Source: Lingula anatina (lineage: Eukaryota; Animalia; Brachiopoda). Taken from it: 64,000 nt of DNA. The position numbers and the translations under genes were made by a program. Of this stretch, positions 28,201 through 39,750 are shown in pieces (the first letter of the stretch is position 1; each line of letters begins with the position of its first letter). A model generated the notes under the pieces. That model had not been told where the DNA came from. It searched no databases and saw only the letters and a list, made by a program, of their open reading frames with translations. The stretch covers positions 21,952,848-22,016,847 of the forward strand of contig CM120643.1 of assembly GCA_051362555.1 (NCBI GenBank), written 5' to 3'.

Positions 28201-28290
28201 TGTGGCGTGAAAACCGATACGACCGGAAAACACTTCTTTGGAGGGCCCAAGGAGGAGCTTGCCATGGACATATTATCCCAAGAAAAGTAA
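25223..28290 (+). CDS. PhyH-family dioxygenase, copy 4 (most divergent); 7 exons
   Basis: Exons 25223-25253, 25675-25753, 26295-26487, 26809-26900, 27380-27470, 27721-28002, 28177-28290. [15 protein letters not shown]...[14 protein letters not shown]. Confidence 0.9.
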
Positions 28291-28961
28291 TTTGGTGGAC
28301 CAGAAGAAATGCAAGCTATAAATCCTATTCAATCAAATCTAACTTGGATGACCCAAAGAAGGACATGCGTACATGTTGCAGATATGCATATATCCCGTTG
28401 ATATGTTAACCAACGGATACCCCACTTTGAGAAACAGTTCTAAGACGAAGTTGGTGTGTCTGTTATAACCACACGAACGTAACCAATCACAGGTTGTTGC
28501 GTGTTTGGTTTACTACAGACGTCAGTGGATTAAAAAAAAAAATAATAATAAATGAATAAGCAGATAAATAGATAAAATTGGGTAAAACAATCAATGAACT
28601 GAACCTGGGTGTGGTCTTATTTGTTCGTTCACCAATCCTAATTTGATATTGGGTTTTATATGAATTATTTGGTTTAATATATTTTGTTTTGTTAAATTGA
28701 AATCAAAATATCTCAAAAATCTTAGCAAATAATGTAGTTTATTTCTTTCAAACTTTCAGAAATAACATTCCTTGTTTAACCGAATAAAACGCACTGAACA
28801 TGTATCACTACAAAATATTGCTGTGTTTTACTTAAAATAGTGAAGTTGTAGTAGTTAAAATAACACCTTTGTCTTTATAGTGTAATCCTACATCCGCAGT
28901 GCATCACACAAGTATATGATAGGTCACGTGTTTTTGTTCAGTTACACGTCATTTGCATATG

Positions 28962-31900
28962 TCACTGACTTCTGAGCTGCTGCTGTCCATCATCTGCCTC
29001 ATCAAAGACGTTATAATCGTGCATGTGAGGGTGAAAATCGAGAGGCGAACCCTGCGATCGACATAATTCTTCCAAAGTCTTGATATTCTGGTCTGTTAGT
29101 CGAAGATATCGGCAGTTCAGAGCGTCTTTGGCAGTGAACGGAATCGTGTTTAATTCCCTCTCTTCCGACATCATTTTCGGAAGATGTGCCGCCAACATTT
29201 GCAATATTTCCATTCTATGTTTGTCATGCTGTTGGCTACTGAGAGAATGACCGGAAGTCTGTGGAAGGATCGCCTCCAACTTTTCTCTATTCATTGCGAG
29301 AAACGTTAATGAAATTAATGAAATCGGAAAAGAAGCAAGAGAATCCTAATGGTCTTTCTTCTAATCATTTTATCTTAGATTATGTGTCCTGGTAGTATGT
29401 ACCTATCCTAGCACCAAAAGCGATATAAACGTATCATAAGTACACATACTTGCATTTATAATTAGCATATACAAAGTTTACACAAGCTTACATTTAATGG
29501 CATACTTACCGAAGTTTTCTGTTTTTCGGATCGTTCAACATGCGACAAAAATCCGTCATCTCTTCATCGGTTACAAGACGCTTCTTGTTTCGGCTATCAA
29601 CGCGTTCTTTTTTATGCGGACTTTTAACGTTACTTGATGGTGTTCGAGCATTTTTTGTACTATCTGGTACTGTTATATGTATGTCCTAAAATATATAAAA
29701 TAAGCTGTTCTCTACTTGTTTTCCTTTAAATAAAAATGCTAAAGTTGTATTAGAACGGCGAAGGAAATTGGTGGGTCAAAATTGGAACCCATTTCCCAAT
29801 TTGTAAGAGACATGGTCTTGCTGTATCTATTCACTTTCTTGAGAAACCTGGCTTAGATTCAATGTGGGAAAATGTTTTTAATGTGGGAAAATGCCTCACA
29901 AGCCCACAAAACATTTCAAAACGGTGATCATACTCTGAAGTTACGAAAAAGGGCAAAGCGTCTGTGCATGCGTTTGTAATTGTGCACACACTGGACAAAA
30001 GAAGTGTCACCCCCTAACTCAGAGTAATAAAAGTAGGCAGATCTTGGGTATTTATAATGCCTGGTCTACTTATAATGTGACTAATGAGTATAAAACCGCT
30101 ATACCATTGAATTGTATTGTTGGTCTTGTACATGTACAGCAAATGTTATTCCTGTCTTCCTCCAATATGGCAAGATACAGGCAATTATCTAACGGTTATA
30201 GGTGCAAGTTGTTAACCTGAAGAGGCGGAATATAAGCAATGTCAGAATATCGATACAATTGAATTGTTCAGTCAGAACCGTGCAGAGGGTCTGGTCTCGG
30301 TATAGAAACACTGGATCAAGAGACAAATTGCCTCTGATGGGTCGTCCAAGAAAAAATACTGGCCGTGAAGACCGACGACTGATTTTGATGTCCAGGTTGT
30401 CAAAGTTCGACACTGCTTGTCAGTTGACAACACAGTGGAACAATTTCACACATAAGAATGTGTATGTGAAAATTGCTAGGCGTCGGTTACATGCTCAGAG
30501 AGTGTACAGCAGGGTAGCAAGACTGAAACCTCTTATATCGTTACAAAACAGGCAACGTAGAGTAAACTAGGGTCAACAGGATCTGGAACTGGACAGTTCA
30601 TGACAATTGGTCCTATATATTTTTCTGATGAGTGTCGCTTTGGTCTGACCTCTGATGACAGACGGGTACTATGCTGGCAAACTGATGGTAAAGCATTTGA
30701 ACCACATGCACTGAATTTTCGAACCCGGAGCAGCATATTCATCATGATGTGGGGCTGCATCAGCATCCATGGCTTGGGCGAATTGATAGTGGTTAATGGA
30801 AACATGAATCACTAGAAATATATCGATGTTTTGGAGTCAGGCTTGCTACCATCTATTACTGACATGTTTGGTGACAGGAATTATCCATTTGTTCACCAGG
30901 ATGACAATGCTCTTTGTCACAGGCCCAGAGCAGTTGATGATTGGTTTGACCAACAGGACATTCGCAGGATGATGTGGCCTGCCCAGAGTCCGGATGCAAA
31001 CATAATAGAAAATGTGTGGAATGATATGTCAAAACTTTTGACAAATGCCCGTCTAACCAGCAGAGAAACTCTGTTATATTCAGTGTTTCATGCTTGGGCC
31101 AGCATAAGCCCTGAACGCATCAGACAATTATATGAAACCTTGCTTCGTAGACTGGCACCTATTATTAGGTCACGTGGTTATGCCACTAAGTACTAATTTT
31201 GGACTTGAAACTGCATATTTTGGTAGAATGTATATTTTGTTCTCATTTTGTGATTTTTTGTGAAATTTGATGTTAATAAAATGATACCAGGAGCATATCA
31301 TTCCGAAGTCATTTATCTCCTCCATAGTATTAATTGGCTCAGTAGGGGTGACACTTCTTTTGTCCAGTGTGTGTACATTTTGAGTACCCACCTATCCAAC
31401 TTATTAATTGATTTCCCATGAAGAGTAAAAACCACATATTGTTTATTGATTTGTGTGGTAGCAAAATTCGTAGAAGGGATTCCTACCTTAATGTCCATGC
31501 TGTCTGTTGAATTCTGGTCCATATTGTTGAACTCACTGCTCGTTACAGCAATTAGATCTATTGAGTGTGAAGAATCTTCCTCGTTTTTGTGGGGTTTGTT
31601 TTTTACGACATACTTTTGAAAACTTGCCCGTCCACCAGCAATGGCGTCCCTGGAACCAATGGACAGTCGGCTTCCGGTCAGCTGATCAGCGGGTTTGTCA
31701 GTCTTAGGAACCTTGACGTAAACAAGACGACCTAGGCTGTCCCGCACCAGCTGTTCTTTCACGTGCCTGCTGTGGTAACGAACTAAGTTCCCTTGGCTGT
31801 CCCGCAGCAGTTGCCCCTTACTATCCCGTATTAAGCGGCCCTCACTTTCTCGCAAGAGGCTTTCGTTACTGCCTTGCACCAGTTGAGATTTGCTTTCAAA

Positions 31901-33928
31901 GTGAAGCCGTTTCTTGCTACCTCGGCGCAGGTTCTCCTGGCTACTTCTCTTTTTTGATGGCTGTCGTATACCCCTTGGTGTGGTGTTTATCGAGTCCTGC
32001 TGGTTCCTTTTGTAATTGGTTCGATTTTTGCCTTTTTTACGGTCTTTGCCTCCGATTTGGGGGAGAGTGGTCGAGCTGTCTTTCTGCTCTCGTGGGTGAG
32101 CCCAGGACCCTCGCCTTGCCTCTGCTGCTGCCTCTACTTTCAGTTTATAGGTACTGTCTGTAGGTAAAAGACAGTACATATATGGCAGATGTGATATCAG
32201 GAAATATCGCCATGTAACACATTTATTTGCTATTATTTTTTTACAACATTTTCAGGAGAGCTTCGTTTCACATCGCTCAGTGAAGAAAGACGTATGGAAG
32301 TTAATAGATATTTCGATAGTGATTATATTGTCCCTGATTCCGTTTTATTTGTTATCTAACTTTGCTAGCAAACTGATTTTAACTCTGCGTGTGTGTGTGT
32401 GTGTGTAAGTGGGTGGGTGGAAGCCTTCCGAAGGGTGTGCACGCGCGCGTGCGCTTGTTTTTGTATTTTAAAATACTGTGCATTTTCGAATAACAAATCC
32501 ATAATCCGTAATCAAATGGCTAGACGTATTAAAATGAAACCTATAGTTTTATAAAAGCTAAAAGGGGAACTGGGATACATACTATCTGAAGGTGGGGGAT
32601 GATGGGAGTGGCGTCTGTCAAATGTCCCCACTCTGCCAGTGTTCAGGTGGGTGACATCGTGCTTGCTTGCTCCTGGGATGTCCTCGCAATACTCCGCCAT
32701 TAAGGAGCGCATGCTTCTTCCTGGGGAGAAAATTAGAAATTAGAACATTTGGAACTGAGAGAGAGACCTAACGAAACGATTTACAGAAACAGTTCATGAG
32801 CTTGCTGTCGTCTTTCTTCTTGCATGTTTTGGAAAATAACCAATGTACCAGAGCTCGTATGAAGTAAAGGAATTTATAATATTCGTTTCTTCAAAAAAAG
32901 CCAAATCACATTTATCTGCACCCAAGCAGATCGGGTTGAAGAAACTACTACTTATTTTCATTTTGACAAAAGTGTCAGCTAATGAAATTAATGCTTTGCT
33001 GAGAAAAAATTGCAAAATTGGTGAAGACCAAAGGGAAATTCACTGAAATGTTTCTATGGCTTAAAGTAACATAAGCATACAATTACCTTGTTTCTTCTCA
33101 TAATCAAAAAGTTTTGACTTCACATTCTTGAACCTGTCGGTCTCGCTGTGCGTACTACCCGCGAGGGAGAAGCCATGGCAATCTTCCATTCCAACTTGAA
33201 GGTGGATGGGAACGTTACCCAGGTAACTAGAGATAAATCACATCTTACTTTCTCCACGAGGAAGGGCATAGCACGTTATTATTTAAAGCCAGTGTGTTGG
33301 ATGATTCTTGCAGTTATTTTATCAATTTAGAAATAAATAATATTTTGGACTTAATAGTATATATAGGCTTTTTAAAACTCGAGGACAACTTTTTGTAGAA
33401 TCTTATAATGTATGGCTACAGTAAGGCCTCGATCAATAATCACTGTACCGGGTTACACATCTTCTTAAGTTTTTTTAACACTTCTGTCTCTCTGACATGA
33501 TGTCAAGCTTTGTTTGTTAATTAACGTTATAAGTCACAGTCTAAGTCATTTTAAAAAGTTATCTTCTTTAGGTATGTGATTTCTCTAACGCCGAAACACA
33601 CCGCCCCTGAACATTTTGGTCAAAATCTGTTATAATTCCCTAGTAGCCTACTATTCTAAAAATCTGTAGATTTACCCTTAAATACCGTTGATATGAAGTA
33701 CACCTGTTTTGAATACGACTGTGGGAGAACTTACCTTGCAGAAGCAGCTTCAATCCTGTTTTCTTCGGCTAAAAGTTTAGTGACTTCGAGCACATTTAGC
33801 TTGGTTTCTTTTGAGAGCCTCCTGTATTTCTGAAAACACCAAGATTCGCCCTTTTTTTTCACAAAAATGATAGGAAGCAATTGAGTTAAAGAGTACAGGT
33901 AGTTTATGAATAGTGTATGAATCGATTG

Positions 33929-33977
<49 letters not shown>

Positions 33978-36900
33978 AACCTTTAAATTTCTTTCATCCT
34001 GTTTGTCTTTGTGGGATTGCAGTTGTGCTTGAAGCTTGTCGTAGCGGCTCATCATTTTTTCTTCTTCTTTTCTGAAATGAAAAAAAAAACTATTTCTTAA
34101 TTATTTTCATCGGTTTCAATGAATTAAAGGGGCAAGTAGTTGTCTTTCACGATGGTGTTGGGCGCATTGAGATTTTTATGGAAAACACCATAAAAGTTCA
34201 ATCATTTTTTTTTTTCAAATACATTTACGACAGCTGTCAAGCTAGATTTATTTATATGGTGCATAAAGAAAATGAAAATGTAGTTTCAATAATAAAGGCG
34301 ACTCTACCCCACTGCTTTGCAACATAAGCGCAGGTCAGTTTAAGCTCTTGGTAGTGGATTTTCATAAACTGGTTAATTTTATGATCACCTATAATGCAAC
34401 CAAAACAATTTGAAGTTTTCAGAAACAATGGTTCTCTTATTTTATATCAAGATGTTTTTTCTATCCACATGCCCGCCTAAATTGTCACGATAATGAATGC
34501 CTTAGAATGTACCTATATCTACTGCTATTTTATTATACTATGAAATCTATTAAAGATGTGATGTTGCCATACACAGCCACTGTCTTAAAAACGCCCTGTT
34601 ATTATAAAAAGTCCCGTAAAAGAAAACGGAGTAGGGAGTTTGAGGGAGAATATTGTAAGCGTTGTAGGCGTGTAGGCGTGAAGAGGAGGTCGAAAGGTCG
34701 CACGAAGAATTTTATTTTTTTTTACTGCTGGGTTCCACTGGGTTTGCACTGTAAACGTGTGCTCTATAGTTTTCTCTGTGCTTTGTGTCGTATTTAATGC
34801 CATTCATGCTCATCTATCCTTGTTTTATTCATTCCAATTTACAGCTACCCGGTTTACTTTTTGCTGTAATGCTTACTGTATCGCTAGCGAACCATTGATA
34901 TTTATGATAAAACGACTCGGACTGCAGACATTTCTTTACCCTTTACTGTTCTATTGAATTTAAGTCTTACATGAGCCGTTTATCGGTCACATGCACTCCC
35001 ATACTGTTGTCGTTACTGTTGCCATTGCTGTTTTATAATGAAATACAATTTCGCTTTATACAGACAGGCTACATATGCAATAGGAACTGAACGACAGCAG
35101 TACAGTGCTACATGTACAGTAGGCACTGTACGACAACAGTACGGGATTTATTTTCATTTTCTGCTATAAAACAGGGATTATCACTTCCTCAACGAGTATT
35201 AATTTACTTTTTAAGTATTTATTTGGATAATGAGCAGAACGCACTTATTAAACTACCATTAACCTAACGTTAACGTCAACGTGTGCTGATATGGGGATTT
35301 TTTCATCTGAAAGCAAATCAACACACCATCACGTGGTAACACCGACATCAATACAGTACAACAATAGCCTATTGATTCGAACTGCTGAATCAACATTCTT
35401 ATATTCAGATTACTCGCACCACTACGGCCGCCAGCTGTGTTGTGTACAGTTTATATAGTGGTAGTGCATCTTGCATAGTAAGGTCCGGAGGCAGAGGGTT
35501 ATCGAAATCTTACGAACCCATCCTCTGCAGTAATTTGACCTTCTGTTTTATTTTTACATGTTTATTGCAATTTGGGGTAAGCTTATTCTTAATTCGTACT
35601 TAACAATTTTTGTTTTGTGAACGATATTTTCGAGAAAGTTATTAGATGGATGACTGCATGCCAAGCTAAATTTACTTATATGGAAATGAAAATGTAGTTT
35701 AAATAATAATGGCGACCCACCCCTCCTCTTTGCAACATAGGCGCAGGTCAGTTTAATCTCTCGGTAAAGGACATAGCTGGATTTTCATGAACTGGTTAAT
35801 TTTATGATCACCTATAATGCAACCAAAATAACTTTAAGATTTCACAAGATTTCACACACAATGGTTCTCTTATTTTATATCAAGATGTTTTTTCTATCCA
35901 CATGTCCGCCTAAATTGTCGCGATAATGAATGCCTAAGAACGTAACTGCATCTACTGTAATTGCTGACTCAGCATTCTTGTATTCAGCTTGCTCGCACCA
36001 CTACGGCCGCCAGCTGTGTTGTGTACAGTTTATATAGTGGTAGTACACCGTACATAGCGAGGTCCGGAGGTAGAGGGTTATCGATATCTTTCGTTCCTAT
36101 CCTCTGCCACTCGCCCAAGGCAGTGATTTGACCTTCTGTTTTATTTTTTTTTACATGTTTATTCCAATTTGGGGTAAGGTTATTCTTCGTGCTACAATTT
36201 TTTTTGTTTTGTGAAAGATATTTTCGAGAAAGTCATTAGATGGATGACTGCCTACATTTTAATGCAGCATTGTCTTTTATTGTCTGCTTATATGTGACAA
36301 TTAACACGTTGATTTGCAATGCCTGAAGGGCAGTTGGTACCGCTGACCCGTTTATTGATACCCAAAATCTTCCCACTGCACTAGACTGACCTCGGCTTTT
36401 AAGGAAAAATACCGTTTTATTTTGGGAGAAAGCCCCTAGACGGCATGGGGAGGGGTAGCACTATAAGTAGGCATATTTATGACAATTACCATTATAAGCT
36501 TAAGATAAGAACAACAATATATTTTTGATAATAATAATTATAATAATAATAAATCAATATATAAATAAATTTATCAATGGGATCACGTTACTTTTGGAAA
36601 AATTAGGGGAGACCGGGGCTAGTTGGACCCCGGGGTAAGTTGACCCCCTTCCATCAAGTCTCTTAATTTAATAAAGTTACTTTAAGATGCTAAATTATTT
36701 CATTTGGACTCACTGCCGACGCTTACTTAGCACTATTGGATATGGTCACTTTACAAAATGATGTGACCAATTCTTTTACCCCCGGGGTCCAACTAGCCTC
36801 GGTCTCCCCAACATAGAGTTATCTAATAAATAACTCTGTGTTTTTAAATAAACAAGTGTGCACCACCAAAAGATTGACCGACAGCTTCTTCTCTGGCAGA

Positions 36901-38099
36901 AATCATTTTTATGTAAAATGTGGATTTCTCCTTAATGAGGACCAGGCATTCTTATATACCGGTTGGGCCTAGAGTTGATCGATTGAAACAGCTGAGTCAG
37001 CATATATGCTAATTTTCTGTACCACTCTAACCGCTAACTCAGGTGTGTGTTGTTTATATAGTAGAGGTCTCACAGGTGAAAGTTGTAAGGTCCGAATGCG
37101 GTGGGTTATCGAGCTCTTGTTTAATAATTCCCCACCGCAGTGTTTAGACCTTCCATTTTTCGAAAAATGTCAGTTGAAATTGGACTGTGTGCGACCGGTT
37201 AATAGAACTAAACTCATATTGTGCCAAGGGTGGCCATATAAAAGATACTGTGCCGACATACTGTCACACGTATTAAGAAATTAGCTGAGGTGTACACTAC
37301 GTGGCTTTTATAAAAACCTAAATCGGAGCATCTGTCTCGAAAAACTTTTTTTTAATATTAAAAATATTATTGAAATACGTTACTTCTCAGTTGTTCATAA
37401 AGTGATACGACGACCGAGCTTACGACCGAGCTTCACCACGTTTTGGTTATGTATTTATGAGTCTTTATATATCAATTGGACTTATTGGTCGACTTTTATA
37501 TTTCTCACATTATAATTTTTCAAGTTGCAGAAATTAAGAATGATTACCAAAACAGGGTCAATGCGTGGGATTGTGAAGAATGACCCACGTCATTGGAGCC
37601 CTTGTATGTCGCACAAAGCTGACAAGCATATATAACTTACATTTGACATCAGGCGGCGATAGTGGTGCGGAGTATTTGTAAATATTATATGGAGCGAATT
37701 TAGGCCCTCTTATGGGTCTTCCTGAAGAGGGTAAGATTTTCAAGTTTACATTGAAGGGTATCTAATTTTTTCTGTCGGAAGCCGGTCAAAAATGGAGGAT
37801 GGATAAACAAAGATAATTTGGAAGACTGTCAGAAAATATCTCTGGATCCGCCCCTGATTAATATAAAGCAAGCTATTTATAGAAGGGGAATTCCCTACCC
37901 TGAATAACAGGTGACGTTTTACAAGGCTACAATAGACCCCTATTAATTCTCAAAGTAGTAGTTAACAAATGTGCGTAAGTGTCTACCTATCAAAGTGTTG
38001 GCACGATATTTACTTAATTTTTTTACGATAATCTATCAATTTATGATTTAAATAACTTCCACAAATTAATAGTGTGTTAATATTTTACACACACATAAG

Positions 38100-38130
<31 letters not shown>

Positions 38131-38863
38131 TTGATGGCAAGCCATGTACAAGTTTCTTTATTACTAGAAGGCTACTGATATAATTTTCATGTTGGTTTTT
38201 GAAGTGTTCGTCTCTTAACGCTGAAAACTAAACGATTAATAGAAAGAATGAAAAAGTAATTCAAAACGCCCACAAACCTCTTGTCTGCAACGTCATAAGG
38301 GAATTTCTGTAGAAAATAATACCATTAAAATATAATCATGCTGAACATATCAAAATGTTTAAACCCCATAAGAATGAAATAAGGGTTACATGTCGATACG
38401 TCCCCTCACCGATACTTCCCCGCACTGATACTCCCCCGCACCGGTACATCCCCGCACCAATACTTCCCCGCACCGACACTCCCCCACAATTACAGATATA
38501 CTGAGGGGGAGTATTGGTGCGGGGAAGTATCGGTGCGGGGAAGTATCGGTGCAGGGGAGTATCGACATGGCCCCAAAATAAGAAGAAAGAGATTTACTAC
38601 ATGCATCTTTAGATAAAAATTCAATTTTAAATAATAAAGACTCGATTAAAATGAACAAAATATGCAGAAAATATATACTGTACTGACCTGAATTTCTGTT
38701 CCTGCTCCCCTTTTAAGTTATCAATGATATTGGACACTTTGTAGTAGTGTTTTCTTTCTCTCTGGTTGCCGACATGAGCGACAGTGTCTATAGAAGACCG
38801 GTCCAATGGAATTAAATTCATCACCAATTTTCCAGTTGGCTTGAGTAATTTACGAATTGGCAT
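28962..38863 (-). CDS. Uncharacterised protein with C16orf78/DUF4638-like C-terminus; 8 coding exons
   Basis: Minus-strand exons ~38863-38688, 34071-33981, 33829-33735, 33226-33087, 32720-32583, 32157-31487, 29685-29510, 29286-28962 join in frame with GT-AG sites. C-terminal ALNCRYLRLTDQNIKTLEELC...DFHPHM resembles the CRYLRLS..NI.TL..LC...D.HPHM motif recalled from vertebrate C16orf78 (from memory, not searched). Confidence 0.7.
29985..31373 (+). mobile_element. Tc1-like (DD34E) transposon, decayed, intronic
   Basis: ~28-bp TIRs CACACACTGGACAAAAGAAGTGTCACCCC. TA on the right, TG on the left (mutated TSD). Transposase from ~30167 to 31196 broken by frameshifts and stops, with GRPRK, FSDECRF, QDDNALCH and SPDANIIENVW; D-to-E spacing is 34. 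Confidence 0.92.
35477..35549 (+). ncRNA. Y RNA / stem-bulge RNA-like gene A (putative Pol III)
   Basis: AGTAAGGTCCGGAGGCAGAGGGTTATC...CCTCTGCAGTAATTTGACCTTCTGTTTT. GGUCCG/UUGACC lower stem with bulged C, upper stem GCAGAGG/CCTCTGC, UUAUC loop motif, T-run terminator, TTTATATA at about -27. Confidence 0.75.
36056..36142 (+). ncRNA. Y RNA / stem-bulge RNA-like gene B (putative Pol III)
   Basis: AGCGAGGTCCGGAGGTAGAGGGTTATC...CCTCTGCC[extra small hairpin]ATTTGACCTTCTGTTTT. TATA at 36029-36036. Confidence 0.75.
36606..36809. mobile_element. MITE (Tc1/mariner-pogo-like ends)
   Basis: ~30-bp TIR GGGGAGACCGGGGCTAGTTGGACCCCGGGG / CCCCGGGGTCCAACTAGCCTCGGTCTCCCC; TA on the left flank. Confidence 0.75.
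37081..37160 (+). ncRNA. Y RNA / stem-bulge RNA-like gene C (putative Pol III)
   Basis: ...GTAAGGTCCGAATGCGGTGGGTTATC...CCCACCGCAGTGTTTAGACCTTCCATTTTT. Upper stem TGCGGTGGG/CCCACCGCA covaries with A and B. TATA at 37053-37060; T5 terminator. Confidence 0.8.
38389..38569. repeat. Foldback element built from ~16-bp tandem units
   Basis: CATGTCGATAC + (CCGATACTTCCCCGCA)-like units, mirrored by (TGCGGGGAAGTATCGG) units + GTATCGACATG. Confidence 0.8.
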
Positions 38864-39004
38864 TTTCCTGTCCGAATATTGATCAAATTACCTACATATT
38901 TTCTTTGATGTAACCTCTGAAACCTACAAATACCTAGAAAAAAATAAGAGTTTGAGGCATATCTTACGCCATGTTTATTTCTCCAAGGAAACCTGCAAAA
39001 CGCG

Positions 39005-39085
39005 ATCATGACGTCACAATAAGCGTGATTACAAACGTCCAACTTTATGACGTAACCACAGTCCACGCACGACGTAACGTCATGA
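39005..39085. promoter_or_regulatory. CRE/ATF-like motif cluster in a divergent promoter region
   Basis: TGACGTCA 39009-39016, TGACGTAA 39048-39055, CGACGTAACGTCA ~39070-39082, between head-to-head ATGs at 38863 (minus) and 39751 (plus). Confidence 0.45.
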
Positions 39086-39750
39086 GTGTACAGCGTAACT
39101 GCTTATTCCTACTGTAGCTTCAAACGTGAGAGTGCGTGAATGTGATATACACTCTAGACCTTAAAACTGTCACTTTCCCTGCGGAAATACAATTTTTTCC
39201 GAAGAAGCAAACTTCAGAGACGGAATACGCTTTACTTATGCACCGGGACAAGCTCGTCCAAATTTAGCCATTGTTATTTCTGTTTTGAACAGACATTGAG
39301 ATTTCAGTCCATATGACGTAGTTAATTGTTTCATAAAATTAAATGCAATAGGTCTATCATGGAATGATAGCACGAAAGTGACCTGATAGCGGAATTAATA
39401 GTGTTTACCGGTAGTCAAACTGTACATCTCGTATCTATACAACAATCAATTTTGCCCCGATGACAAGCAGTAAGCCGAGCCTGACCTAATTTAAGAATTT
39501 AATCTAGGGCGCCATTGCATCCAAAACATTGACAGAATTATGACAGTTGGTCAAAGGTGCTTGATTGTTGTTAACATATTAGGACGTAGAAATGAAGAAT
39601 ATAGATTTCTTGACTAACCTGGGTATTTGCGTTCCAAAGTTACTAGAACTGACATCTGAGAGTCAGAAAGATTTACTTTGTGCAGTTATGCTGTGCGTAA
39701 ATCAACTGCGTTTGCTATGATTTTGGACAGTGTTGCCTCCTAGAGAAATC

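Larger units (their letters stand above)
34236..36251. repeat. Tandem duplication (~590-bp unit) carrying Y-like genes A and B
   Basis: Block 34236-34525 matches 35660-35960, and block 35385-35657 matches 35964-36251. The first unit is split by ~860 bp of unrelated sequence. Confidence 0.85.

Noticed and set aside
31313-31486. C-terminal part of the 288-aa ORF as real coding sequence
   Set aside because: Read-through past the splice donor at 31487 into intron and Tc1 TIR sequence.
34526-35385. Possible additional small RNA gene (TATAAAA followed by a purine-rich stretch and T-run)
   Set aside because: No terminal stem or Y-like motifs visible; more likely an unrelated insertion.
35477-37160. 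Intronic H/ACA snoRNA or miRNA reading of the hairpins
   Set aside because: The units are antisense to the host gene, have their own TATA and T-run terminator, and carry Y-RNA-specific motifs instead of H/ACA boxes.
38389-38569. CRISPR-like appearance of short repeats
   Set aside because: Units are contiguous with no unique spacers, are inverted, and the context is eukaryotic with no cas genes.
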